IMG/VR virus record: IMGVR_UViG_3300044691_000225
Coordinates: 1 to 29,290 of that record
Length of the DNA stretch: 29,290 nucleotides
From: a virus
Lineage: Duplodnaviria > Caudoviricetes
Direction: 5' to 3' (one strand)
The position numbers and the translations under genes were made by a program. Every line of letters begins with the position of its first letter. The first letter of the stretch is position 1. The notes beneath the pieces are model-generated. The model did not search any database and was not told where the DNA came from. It saw only the letters and a list, made by a program, of their open reading frames with translations. Below are positions 9,199-18,359 of the stretch, piece by piece.

Positions 9199-10913
9199 CG
9201 CTCGCCGCCGGCCTCTACAAATCGCAGGACCAGCAGGAACAGGATCTGACCAACGGCCCCGGCTGGACGATCGATGAGCAGAAGCCCTCGGTCTTCGGTG
9301 GATTGGCCGAAGCCATCCCGCGCGGTATCGGCGAAGGGGCGGCGGCCGGAATCTCAATGCTCACGCATGGTATCCATGAGGCGATACCGGCCCTGATGGA
9401 GGCGAATCCCTTCGTGCGTCTGATGAAAGGTAACGACGCCGTCAAGACGTTGCCGGGCGCCGAAACAGCGATGCAGATTCCAGGGGCGCTCACCGAGGCG
9501 GAGATCTCCACCCGCAACGTCGCCAAGGACATGGTCGGCGATCCGCGCACTACCGGCGCTGCGGCGAACGTCATCGAGGGATTCAGCAAGGCCGCGACCG
9601 AATTTACCGTGGGGTCGCTCGCTGGCGGTCCGGCGGCCGGCGCCACACTCTTGGGCGCGACTGACGGCTACGCGCACTACGCGGATCTGCTTGACCAAGG
9701 CGTCGACCACGAGACGGCGGCGAAGTCGGGTGTTCTCACGGCGATGACGTCGGGTGCCGGCGCACTGCTGCCGATGGGTATGCCCGCGAAGTGGCTCGCG
9801 GGCCTGTCGACCGCGGGCACGTTGGCCGCGCAGGCGGGTGCGGGTGCGGTGATCAACACGAGTTTCGGTGCCGCCTCGCGCTACGCAAGCGCCAAGATTT
9901 TGGCGGATGCGGGCTACCCCGAGATGGCTGAGCAGCAACAGCCGTGGGATGCGACGAACGTCCTCACCGACGCGATCACGGGCATGTTCTTCGGCGCGCA
10001 CGCGGGCTGGCACGGGCTTAAAAATATCGACCCCGCCCACGTCGACCCCTCGATTCGCGACGCCGCCAAAGTCGTCCAGGACCGTCAGGAAGTGAACGAA
10101 CGCGCACCGGGCGTTCCCGTCGACATGGCATCGGCTGCTGTTCACCGCCAGGCGCTTGAAACTGCGTTGGGCGACTTGATGGCCGGCAAGCCGGTGGACC
10201 TCTCGGACGTCAAGACCGAGGGCGCGACCTTCGCCCGGCCGGAGGTTGATGAAACTGCGGCGACTCAGATCATCCGCGATGCGTTCGAGAAATCAGGCGT
10301 ACTCGATGATGCCGCGCAGTTTGACCGCTGGCTGACGGGCGATCAGGAGATTGAAGCGACGACGCCCGTCAAGCCGGAGACGCCGACAGTTCCGCCATTG
10401 ACCCTCTATCGGGGAATCGCCGCGCTTGGCGAAGGTGTCACGCGATTTCGTGACGCTCAAGGGATCTATTTCACAGATGACCTAGAAGACGCTCAAGGGT
10501 ACGCGGGAGAGAAAGGTCGAGTAATGAAGGCGGAAGTATCGTTGCAGAACCCGCTGCGAACAAATGAGCGTGAGGCGCTGATAACCCCCGAACGTCTCAA
10601 GGAATTGCAGTCACTCGGACACGATGGCGTGATCTCGACCAAGGGCGGCATTAACGAATACACGGCGTTTTCTAAACGGCAAGTCAAAGAGGTCAAGGAC
10701 AGCGGTGAGCGCGTTCCGTACGTCGATGAACGAGGAACCGATACCGGCGGCGCCCTCGCTGACCGTCCGGACCTTCAGATCGTGAACGAGCACGGCGAAG
10801 CCCTGCATGCCGGGGACGAACAGCAGCGGGCGCTTGAGGAAGAGGCGCAGGCCAACAAAGAAGCCGAGCCCATGTTCCAAGCCGCCGTCGGATGTGAGGC
10901 GCGCTATGCGTAG
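9195..10913 (+). CDS. Internal virion/ejection protein with C-terminal ADP-ribosyltransferase-like (ART-PolyVal-like) domain
   Basis: Gly/Ala-rich hydrophobic segments; LYRG...GIYFT...A..YA...SLQNPL...GHDGV...EYTAF...QVK motif series. Confidence 0.7.
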   Translation: MTLAAGLYKSQDQQEQDLTNGPGWTIDEQKPSVFGGLAEAIPRGIGEGAAAGISMLTHGIHEAIPALMEANPFVRLMKGNDAVKTLPGAETAMQIPGALTEAEISTRNVAKDMVGDPRTTGAAANVIEGFSKAATEFTVGSLAGGPAAGATLLGATDGYAHYADLLDQGVDHETAAKSGVLTAMTSGAGALLPMGMPAKWLAGLSTAGTLAAQAGAGAVINTSFGAASRYASAKILADAGYPEMAEQQQPWDATNVLTDAITGMFFGAHAGWHGLKNIDPAHVDPSIRDAAKVVQDRQEVNERAPGVPVDMASAAVHRQALETALGDLMAGKPVDLSDVKTEGATFARPEVDETAATQIIRDAFEKSGVLDDAAQFDRWLTGDQEIEATTPVKPETPTVPPLTLYRGIAALGEGVTRFRDAQGIYFTDDLEDAQGYAGEKGRVMKAEVSLQNPLRTNEREALITPERLKELQSLGHDGVISTKGGINEYTAFSKRQVKEVKDSGERVPYVDERGTDTGGALADRPDLQIVNEHGEALHAGDEQQRALEEEAQANKEAEPMFQAAVGCEARYA

Positions 10914-13440
10914 CGATTGCCTCGAAGCCGTCTCGACCATGCTCGGCCGGCAACTCTCCGCCGCGCAAGGGACCAAGATCGAAGAACGCGTGCGCAACAT
11001 GATGCAGGTGCTCGCGCGGGCGAACCCGGAAGAATGGCGCGCCAAGTCCTACACCACGCGCCTGATGGACGCCGCAGCCGCAGCAGCCCAGGACATGAAA
11101 GAGGAACTGGCGGCGAAGCGCGCGAATGTCGAGAAGACGATTGCGGCTCACGATCGCATCGAGAACTTCCTCGCGACCCAACCGAGCAACAAAGTGGGCG
11201 ACGGGCTGCGAGCGGTCTCCAAGCTCGCCGACTTCGACACCCGCGGTGGTGGGTATGCATCCGTGCATTCCTGGGCCACCGCGATCCGTGAGACTGCGTT
11301 TGGCGAGTTGCGCAAAACCTGGGAGGCGATTCCCGGCAACTTCTTTGGGCTGTTCGAAGATGCTAAGGGCGTCGGTGACCTGTGGAAGGAGCTGCATGGC
11401 GAGGATTCGGGCAACAGCACGGCCAAGGCTGGGGCCGCCTCGTGGAAGAAGATCACCGAAGAGATGCGCAACCGCTTCAACGATGCGGGCGGACATGTGG
11501 GCAAGCTGGAAGACTGGAGCATGCCGCAGCATCACAGCCAGCCGCGCGTCGCCAATGCGGGGCCGGAGAAGTGGATCGGCGACATTCTGCCGAAGCTTGA
11601 CCGGAACAAGTACGTCAATGCCGATGGTTCCCGGATGTCGGGCGATCAGATGCACGACTTCCTGCTGCACGCGTATGACTCGATCGTCACCGATGGGCAC
11701 AACGGCACCGAGGCGGGGAGCGTCAGCGGCGAAGGTGTCACCGCGAACCGCAATGCCGCGCACCGGCAGATCTTCTTCAAAGACGCCGACTCGCACGCGG
11801 AATACAACGCGGCCTATGGCGAGAAGTCGATGAACAACCTGCTGTCGGGGCATATCGCGCGCCTGTCCCGAGACATCGCCCTGACCGAACGGCTAGGGCC
11901 CAATTCTGCCGCCACGTTCAAATACTTCAACGACAGGGCGATGCAGGATGAGGTGCGGCAAAACCCGACCAAGCTCAAGGCGCTGGAGGGTAAGAAGGCC
12001 TTCAACGAATCGCTCTTCGATGCCGTGTCAGGTAAAGACAAGGTCGTCAATCAGAACGTCGCCAATGCCTTCCAATCGTTTCGCAATTGGATGACGGCGA
12101 GCAAGTTGGGCAAGGTGGTCATTACCGCGCTGTCCGACGAAGCGGGCATGTTCTCAACCGCCATCGCCAACAAGGTGCCGTACTCCGAAGCGTTGCTCAA
12201 TGAATTGAAGCGCGTCCCGAATGGCAAGGCTCGCCAGTTCGCTGAGCACACCGGCCTTGGCATCGATGCCTTCATGTCGCACATGAACCGCTTCGCCCAG
12301 GAAGAATTTGGCTCGTCGTTTTCGGGAAAGATGGCTTCCTCCGTGATGCGGATGTCAGGGGCAGAGCGCATGTGGGCGGCCCGCCGGCAGGGCATGGGCG
12401 TGACGCTCATGTCCAGCATCGGCAAGTTGACGCGCAGCATCGATCACGTCGACGGACTCTCGGCCGAGGATCACGGCGTACTGGCCAAAAAGGGCATCAC
12501 GGATCAGCAGTGGCAGGTCTGGCGCCGGGCCGAGCCGGAGAATTGGGGCGGTACCTCGAACGTGCTGACCCCCAAATCCATTTGGGCTATCCCCGATGAG
12601 AAGTTAGCCGACCTGGGCAATCCCACCGCGTTGAAGCGCGATGCTTCCACGCAACTGATGGCTCACATCCACGAAGAGGCGGGCATGGGCGCGATGGACA
12701 CCGGTCCCCGGCAGAAACTCGCCCTCACGCGGGGCACCCAGCGCGGAACGGTACCCGGTGAGATCTGGCGCTCGATGATGCTGTTCAAGGGATTTGCCGC
12801 CTCCATGATGATGAAGCACTGGGCGCGTGCCGCGGATATGCCGGGCGTGAGTTCCAAAATCAAGTACATGGCGCCGCTCTTTATCTACGGCACGGCGCTG
12901 GCCGCAGTCGGTAATCAGATCAGGAACCTCATCGGTGGCGCTGATCCTGAGAACATGAACCCGAAAGAGAACCTGGCCTTCTGGGGCAAAGCGCTGCTGC
13001 GCGGCGGGGGCTTGGGGTTCTTCGGCGACTTCCTCCAGAGCGAGACGACGCAGCACGATACGTCTCTTGCGGCAGCGTTGGGCGGACCCGCGGCCACGAC
13101 GACCGAGGACCTATTGAGCCTCACCCACGGCGCGTACTGGAAATCCAAGCACGGCGATTTGGGCGTTGATGAGAAGGCCAAGATCATCCGCTTCGCCAAG
13201 GGGAATATTCCCTTGATCAGCATGTGGTATACGCAGGCCGCCGCCGATCATCTGATCTGGAATCACCTCCAGGAGATCGCGAGCCCCGGCTATCTCTCGC
13301 GCATGCAGGCGAGGCAAGAAGCGAACTTCGGCAAAACCTATTACTGGAATCCAGACTCCGCGACTCCGGGCCGTGCGCCGGATCTCGCCAAGGCGTTGGG
13401 CGGCAACTCGAATGCATCTTTTGCAGGGAATACGCAATGA
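10906..13440 (+). CDS. Large internal virion/ejection protein (gp16-like)
   Basis: Start MRSDCLEAV at ATG 10906; about 844 aa; PQHH, ALLRGGGLG.FGDF and LQE..SPGY motifs resembling epsilon15-type DNA transfer proteins. Confidence 0.75.
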   Translation: MRSDCLEAVSTMLGRQLSAAQGTKIEERVRNMMQVLARANPEEWRAKSYTTRLMDAAAAAAQDMKEELAAKRANVEKTIAAHDRIENFLATQPSNKVGDGLRAVSKLADFDTRGGGYASVHSWATAIRETAFGELRKTWEAIPGNFFGLFEDAKGVGDLWKELHGEDSGNSTAKAGAASWKKITEEMRNRFNDAGGHVGKLEDWSMPQHHSQPRVANAGPEKWIGDILPKLDRNKYVNADGSRMSGDQMHDFLLHAYDSIVTDGHNGTEAGSVSGEGVTANRNAAHRQIFFKDADSHAEYNAAYGEKSMNNLLSGHIARLSRDIALTERLGPNSAATFKYFNDRAMQDEVRQNPTKLKALEGKKAFNESLFDAVSGKDKVVNQNVANAFQSFRNWMTASKLGKVVITALSDEAGMFSTAIANKVPYSEALLNELKRVPNGKARQFAEHTGLGIDAFMSHMNRFAQEEFGSSFSGKMASSVMRMSGAERMWAARRQGMGVTLMSSIGKLTRSIDHVDGLSAEDHGVLAKKGITDQQWQVWRRAEPENWGGTSNVLTPKSIWAIPDEKLADLGNPTALKRDASTQLMAHIHEEAGMGAMDTGPRQKLALTRGTQRGTVPGEIWRSMMLFKGFAASMMMKHWARAADMPGVSSKIKYMAPLFIYGTALAAVGNQIRNLIGGADPENMNPKENLAFWGKALLRGGGLGFFGDFLQSETTQHDTSLAAALGGPAATTTEDLLSLTHGAYWKSKHGDLGVDEKAKIIRFAKGNIPLISMWYTQAAADHLIWNHLQEIASPGYLSRMQARQEANFGKTYYWNPDSATPGRAPDLAKALGGNSNASFAGNTQ

Positions 13441-15554
13441 CCATCATCACGACTCAGTCTCGAATCACCTACGCGGGGGATAACGTCTCGACGCTCTTCC
13501 CGGTGCCGTTCGAGTTCTTTCTCAATAGCGATCTCACCGTCTCGAAGACCGCAGTCAACGGCGCGGTCTCGACGCTGACGCTCAACATAGACTTCACGCT
13601 CGCCGGCGCCAACGTGCCAGGTGGCGGATCGCTCACGAAGACGACAGCGTTATTGACGGGCGAGATCATGGCAATCTACTTGAACCCGCCGATCAGTCAG
13701 CAATCGCACTACATCTCGAATTCACCGTTTCCCTCGGCGACGCTCGAAAACGACATCGACCGACAGACGCAGATCAGCCAGCGGCTACAAGACCAGATCA
13801 GCCGCTCCGTTCGCGCGCCCGATGGCGATGCCGCGCCCGGAATGCTGCTCGCGTCTGCGACCCTGCGGGCGCTCATGTACCTCGCGTTCGATGCCAATGG
13901 CAACGCGGTCACGGTACCGTCTCTTCCGGGGTCGGCCATTACGCAGCAGTCACTGGGTATCGTACTCAATCCGCAGTCGCCCGCCGAGATTGCGGTCGGT
14001 GTGACGCCGACCCTTTACTTCTACCCGGTCGGCCATCTGTTGCGCTATGGCGCGGATGCCACCGGAGCCGGATCGAGTTGGACCGCCTTCAACAACTGCG
14101 CGAAGGTGTGCCAGAAGACCGGCAACACCATGACCGTGCCGCCGGGCGACTTCCTGATCGATACCGTCAACGGTTCGATCACACTTCAATACTTGGGCCT
14201 CCTTGGTACGAGTGTGAACGACACCTACAACCAGAACAACCAGGGCTCGGTGCTCAATATCACCGGTACCGTCAACTCGCCTTTCAAACTCCAGGCCGGC
14301 GCTAAGATCGATGGGGTTGTCTTCTACTACCCGAACAACATCACCGATGGGGTCACGCCCACGGTCTACCCGCCGACTCTGTCTGTCGACATTACCAACG
14401 GCCCGGTGAACTACGTCTATATTCAGAACTGCGTTGCGGTGAATGCATATCGGTTCTTTGTCGACGCGGATGCGACCGGCGGTTTGGGGCATGTGTTCAT
14501 CACCGACAACACAATCTACGGCATCCTGAGTTGCATCGAAATTGCGTATAACGCCGAAATTTGCACCATCGAGGGGAACGAATTTACCTTCGGCGCCTTC
14601 AACGTCGCGCAGTTGGAGACCAACCCGTCCTTCCGCTTCACTAGCCGCACCACGGGCTCGGCGATGATCATCAAGCAGACGGACGGCCTCACTATCCAGG
14701 GCAACGTCTTTTTCGGCTACTTGAATGGCATCAACTGCCCGATTGTGACGGGGGGTAACGGCGGGGTCATTCAGCAAACGACGATCGGGAACAACTATTT
14801 CGATCAGACGGTATTCGGGATCAACGTCTCCGGCCCCGGCAATTGGAACATCATTCAGATCACCGGTAACTTTTTCTCCGGCTATGACAATGTGAGTGCA
14901 CAGCACAACTTGATCGGTAACTGCGTCAAGGTTGCCACCTCGGGCGCCGTGAGCCAGGAAGTGGTGACGATCACAGGGAATACGTTCGCTATCTCCACCG
15001 GGGACTCGGTCAATGTCACCGGGGCAACGCCTCAGCGGCAGTACGTGTGTTCCGGCAACACCTTCACCCAGTGGGGCATTTTCCAAACGACCGGGGGTCC
15101 GTACGCGGGCTGGAATTATTCGGGCGCGGGATCGAGCTGCATCGTCACCGGCAATTCCTTCATCGGTTGCGGCGGCTCGGTCGGCATCTGCACTGGCATC
15201 TTGGGCGCATGCAGTTCGGCGCTCATCAATAGCAATGCCTTCCTCAACTCAGGCGCCGGAGCGCTTGGCATTACTGGTGTCGTGGCCTTCACCGCGAGCA
15301 ACCTCATCGTCACGGCGAACTTTAGCGCCGGACAAAGTGGCGGGACGTGGGACGACAATCTCTCAGCCACCACACTCTACGAGATCGGCAATATCTGGGG
15401 ACGGCGCACCTTTGGAAGTCCTTTCGTGGTGCCGCTTGCCGCCTGGACTCAGGCCGCGAATGACGCGGCAGCAGCGGCAGCAAGTCCCCCCGTGCCAGTG
15501 GGGGCGCTGTACTACAACACGACGGTTACTGCGGTGAAAGTGAGGCTCACATGA
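13437..15554 (+). CDS. Tailspike/tail fiber: T7 gp17-like anchor plus right-handed beta-helix (depolymerase-like)
   Basis: ATGA-coupled start; YAGDNVSTLFPVPFEF...LENDIDRQTQISQRL anchor; YGADATG..SW.AF; repeated I.GN.F beta-helix rungs. Confidence 0.85.
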   Translation: MTIITTQSRITYAGDNVSTLFPVPFEFFLNSDLTVSKTAVNGAVSTLTLNIDFTLAGANVPGGGSLTKTTALLTGEIMAIYLNPPISQQSHYISNSPFPSATLENDIDRQTQISQRLQDQISRSVRAPDGDAAPGMLLASATLRALMYLAFDANGNAVTVPSLPGSAITQQSLGIVLNPQSPAEIAVGVTPTLYFYPVGHLLRYGADATGAGSSWTAFNNCAKVCQKTGNTMTVPPGDFLIDTVNGSITLQYLGLLGTSVNDTYNQNNQGSVLNITGTVNSPFKLQAGAKIDGVVFYYPNNITDGVTPTVYPPTLSVDITNGPVNYVYIQNCVAVNAYRFFVDADATGGLGHVFITDNTIYGILSCIEIAYNAEICTIEGNEFTFGAFNVAQLETNPSFRFTSRTTGSAMIIKQTDGLTIQGNVFFGYLNGINCPIVTGGNGGVIQQTTIGNNYFDQTVFGINVSGPGNWNIIQITGNFFSGYDNVSAQHNLIGNCVKVATSGAVSQEVVTITGNTFAISTGDSVNVTGATPQRQYVCSGNTFTQWGIFQTTGGPYAGWNYSGAGSSCIVTGNSFIGCGGSVGICTGILGACSSALINSNAFLNSGAGALGITGVVAFTASNLIVTANFSAGQSGGTWDDNLSATTLYEIGNIWGRRTFGSPFVVPLAAWTQAANDAAAAAASPPVPVGALYYNTTVTAVKVRLT

Positions 15555-15898
15555 TGGATGGCATGACGGATGCGCAGAAGATCGAATTTCTCATGCAGCA
15601 GCTCGCGGGCGCCGTGACCATGCTGCGCCAGTCCGATGAACGCAATGCGGGGCTCATCGAGCAGATGAAGCGCTACGATGCGCGCCGGGCGGGTGTGTAC
15701 AAGGATAAGAAGAAGCTGATTGAGCGGCAGGCCACGGAGCTTCGCATTCAGTTAGCCCAAGCGCATCAAGACGCCTCGCGCTACCGATTCTTGCGCCAGC
15801 ACCAGGTGCAGGTCTGGAAGCTCGGCATTGCGACGCAGGGCGAGACGCTCGACAAGCTGGTGGACGCGAAGCTTGAGCAGCAGCCGGTGACGTCGTGA
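15551..15898 (+). CDS. Hypothetical protein (coiled-coil, DASRYRFLR motif)
   Basis: Coupled to tailspike stop; GAGG RBS; D-A-x-R-Y-R-x-L-R motif common in small phage proteins. Confidence 0.6.
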   Translation: MMDGMTDAQKIEFLMQQLAGAVTMLRQSDERNAGLIEQMKRYDARRAGVYKDKKKLIERQATELRIQLAQAHQDASRYRFLRQHQVQVWKLGIATQGETLDKLVDAKLEQQPVTS

Positions 15899-15902
15899 CC
15901 GA

Positions 15903-16079
15903 TCAATTCCCGGTACGCAGCAGCCTTACCCGAGGACGCGGAGCGCTTAGCGCCACCCGCAGCTTGACCTCGATTGCATTCAATTCGAGTGCGCGCTCGG
16001 GCGAACACACTTCATCGTCGAGAACGGCCGAAATGGCTTTCTGGCATTCGAGCAACAGGGCGGGGAAGTCGGGGTCCAT
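15903..16079 (-). CDS. Small hypothetical protein antisense to the late operon
   Basis: MDPDFPALLLECQKAI..., 58 aa; AAGGA RBS upstream; fills an otherwise empty gap. Confidence 0.45.
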   Translation of the reverse strand: MDPDFPALLLECQKAISAVLDDEVCSPERALELNAIEVKLRVALSAPRPRVRLLRTGN

Positions 16080-16148
16080 GGGCATTCCTTGGTTTTCCCC
16101 CATCGTAGCTGATCGGAGTATCGGGCATTCCCTGCTTTTATGAGCCCA

Positions 16149-16358
16149 ATGAACACCCATGACCTACTCGCCGATGCGATGCGCCTACAGGTGGCGATCG
16201 AAGACACTCAAGGGCTATTGGATGCGATCGAAGGCGCGCGCCAGCAGCTCTCGGTGTTGGGCGATGAACTCAAGGGCAAAATTACCATTGCCCAGGAGCG
16301 GCAGTATTGGCTATCAGATCTTGCGAGGAACCTCGTGCAACAGGTGAAGGCGATATGA
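16149..16358 (+). CDS. Hypothetical coiled-coil protein
   Basis: Helical heptad pattern; ATGA overlap with next gene; start could be 16140. Confidence 0.55.
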   Translation: MNTHDLLADAMRLQVAIEDTQGLLDAIEGARQQLSVLGDELKGKITIAQERQYWLSDLARNLVQQVKAI

Positions 16359-16615
16359 GTGATGATCCGAATGGACTAGCCGGAATGGCCTCCGCCCATA
16401 GCGGATGGATCACGGCATTTTTCGCGGCAAGCTGGGGAATCGTGCTGCGCGCGCTCATCGGCCGCCATATACGCCGCGAAGAGAGGCAGCATGAGTTGGA
16501 CGAGAAAACCTTGCAGCGCCTCACCCTCATCGAACTACGGTTAGCGGTCATCGAATCTCGCTCCCATGACCGGCGCCGAGAAGATCCACATCCATGGGAT
16601 GAGGACTCGACATGA
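16355..16615 (+). CDS. Putative holin/antiholin-like single-TM protein
   Basis: One TM segment (WITAFFAASWGIVLRALI), charged C-terminus, directly upstream of the endolysin. Confidence 0.55.
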   Translation: MSDDPNGLAGMASAHSGWITAFFAASWGIVLRALIGRHIRREERQHELDEKTLQRLTLIELRLAVIESRSHDRRREDPHPWDEDST

Positions 16616-16956
16616 GCGCCATTCAACAGGAATTCGCACACGCCGCCTCGGTGCTCATCCAGAAGGCGATGGAATTTGGCTACACGATCACGCTTGGTGA
16701 AGCCTGGCGCACGCCGCAGCAAGCGCAATGGAACGCCGACCATGGGACCGGGATCGCGCACAGCCTGCATATTGAGCGCTTGGCGATTGATCTCAACTTC
16801 TTCAAGGCCGGCGCGCTCATCACCGACGGATCGAAGCTCAAAGACATCGGCGAGTGGTGGAAGTCACTCGGCCCCAATTATCGGTGGGGTGGAGATTTTA
16901 CGCATCTCCCCGACGGTAACCATTTTAGTATTTCGCCTGACGGTCACACTGCCTGA
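16612..16956 (+). CDS. Endolysin, peptidase M15 family (L-Ala-D-Glu peptidase-like)
   Basis: GEAWRT, SLH...LAIDL and WGGDF...DGNHFS zinc-binding motifs. Confidence 0.9.
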   Translation: MSAIQQEFAHAASVLIQKAMEFGYTITLGEAWRTPQQAQWNADHGTGIAHSLHIERLAIDLNFFKAGALITDGSKLKDIGEWWKSLGPNYRWGGDFTHLPDGNHFSISPDGHTA

Positions 16957-16967
16957 GGACATTCCCC

Positions 16968-17153
16968 ATGATTCACACACTCATCGTCTTATTCATCATC
17001 ATTGCGGTGTTCGCGCTGGTCTATTGGGGCATGACGCAATTGCCCCTGCCCCCCGTCGTTCGTACGGTGGTTATCGTCATCATGGGGCTGGTCGCGCTGC
17101 TCTTCATCTACAACATGTTTGCGGGAGGCGGCACGACGCTGTCCATTAGATGA
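16968..17153 (+). CDS. Small two-TM membrane protein
   Basis: Two hydrophobic helices separated by LPLPP; GAGGA RBS. Confidence 0.7.
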   Translation: MIHTLIVLFIIIAVFALVYWGMTQLPLPPVVRTVVIVIMGLVALLFIYNMFAGGGTTLSIR

Positions 17154-17674
17154 ACCTAGGCCAAAAAGCACTCCAAGTCCTCAAAACCGTTGCCCCCACG
17201 CTGGCCTTGGGCGCGCTGGGACCGTTCGGCCCCTTGGCCGCCGCCGCCATTCATGCCGTACTCGGCACGAGCACGGATGAGCAGGCCGAGACCGCGCTCC
17301 TGACGGCGACACCGGAGCAATTGCTCGCGCTCAAGAAGGCGGAGAACGATTTTCAAATACAGATCAAGACGCTGGGTATTGCCGAGGAAAAGCTCTCCTT
17401 CGATGACCTGGCGAGTGCGCGGGCACGGGAAGTCGCGGTCAAGGATTCGACCCCGCGCCAGATGGCCTGGCTCATCGTCGGCGGCTCGATCGCGCTCGGC
17501 GTCGCCACCGTCGCGGGCTTCACCACGAAGGACCCAGCCGCCGCAACGATGGTCGGTACGGTCATCGGCTACGTATTCGGCGAGGCCAAGCAAGTGCTGT
17601 CCTACTACTTCGGGTCGAGTTCGGGTTCAGCGGCCAAGACGGACACGATCAATAAGATCGCGGAGACCAAGTGA
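17150..17674 (+). CDS. Putative holin (3TM gene-transfer-release holin-like)
   Basis: VAPTLA..LGPFG N-terminus, D.ASARARE, two TM segments, YYFGSSSGS..K C-terminal motif. Confidence 0.7.
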   Translation: MNLGQKALQVLKTVAPTLALGALGPFGPLAAAAIHAVLGTSTDEQAETALLTATPEQLLALKKAENDFQIQIKTLGIAEEKLSFDDLASARAREVAVKDSTPRQMAWLIVGGSIALGVATVAGFTTKDPAAATMVGTVIGYVFGEAKQVLSYYFGSSSGSAAKTDTINKIAETK

Positions 17675-17925
17675 CCAAAAACTACGCCTACAAGGTCCTG
17701 CTCTTCCTCGACATCTTCCTATGCGCGATCTGCTTTCGAGACCCGGATTGCACGATCAGCGCAGAAACAGGGCTTGCCATGCAGCGGGCCAAGCCGCCGC
17801 TGTGGGCGAGGGCGCTCAACGGCTTCTTGAACCTGATCCGCCAGGGTCACTGCGCGGCAGCGATTCTCGATGACATCACGCGGGCGCAAGCTGCTATTGC
17901 TTATTTGAAGACGAAACAACCGTAA
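17671..17925 (+). CDS. Hypothetical phage protein (D...PD.TIS...W...HC motif)
   Basis: GTGA coupling; motif recurrent near phage lysis/tail genes. Confidence 0.6.
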   Translation: MTKNYAYKVLLFLDIFLCAICFRDPDCTISAETGLAMQRAKPPLWARALNGFLNLIRQGHCAAAILDDITRAQAAIAYLKTKQP

Positions 17926-17929
17926 GGAG

Positions 17930-18295
17930 ATGACGATGATTATCAATCCGAAAGAATTCGACTGGGCCCCCCCGACGACCAATATTGACGGCTCGGCCGT
18001 CACGCCGGGTGAGTTGACCGGGGTCACGATTGGCATCCGCTCCACCACGGCCACCGGGAGCGTCGCGGGCACCTATCCCATTCAGATTGCCGTGGTCGGG
18101 CCCACGCTTACGAAAGAATTGCTGACGACGGCCTACGCGGCCGGCCTCGCGGTACTGAAACCCGACACCTACATGCCCTCGATTCGGGAAGAGTCCGTCA
18201 ATGGGCCCTCGGCCTGGCTGATCGAGAGTGCGGCCAACACATTTCAGATCGTCCCGCCGGTGCCGAATCCGCCCACGGGTTTTTCTGTGCTCTGA
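17930..18295 (+). CDS. FN3/Ig-like protein
   Basis: WAPPTTNIDGS...LTG N-terminus and PNPPTGFSV C-terminus; AAGGAG RBS (start may be 17936). Confidence 0.65.
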   Translation: MTMIINPKEFDWAPPTTNIDGSAVTPGELTGVTIGIRSTTATGSVAGTYPIQIAVVGPTLTKELLTTAYAAGLAVLKPDTYMPSIREESVNGPSAWLIESAANTFQIVPPVPNPPTGFSVL

Positions 18296-18359
18296 TTTGC
18301 CAAATCAGACGTTGGCTGCCACGACAGTGCAGTTCGTGTAAGAAATGCGGGTGTCCGTA

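Noticed and set aside
10807-10905. Upstream extensions of ORF-track starts (10807; also 3180, 5537, 13224, 18677)
   Set aside because: Downstream starts coupled to the previous stop fit family N-termini better
20-15537. Many long alternative-frame and antisense ORFs (e.g. 20-616, 10693-11853, 13950-15086)
   Set aside because: Shadow ORFs expected in high-GC coding DNA; they overlap well-supported genes and have no recognisable motifs
13437-15900. BPP-1-like diversity-generating retroelement at the tail fiber
   Set aside because: No reverse transcriptase gene and no TR/VR repeat pair seen in the window
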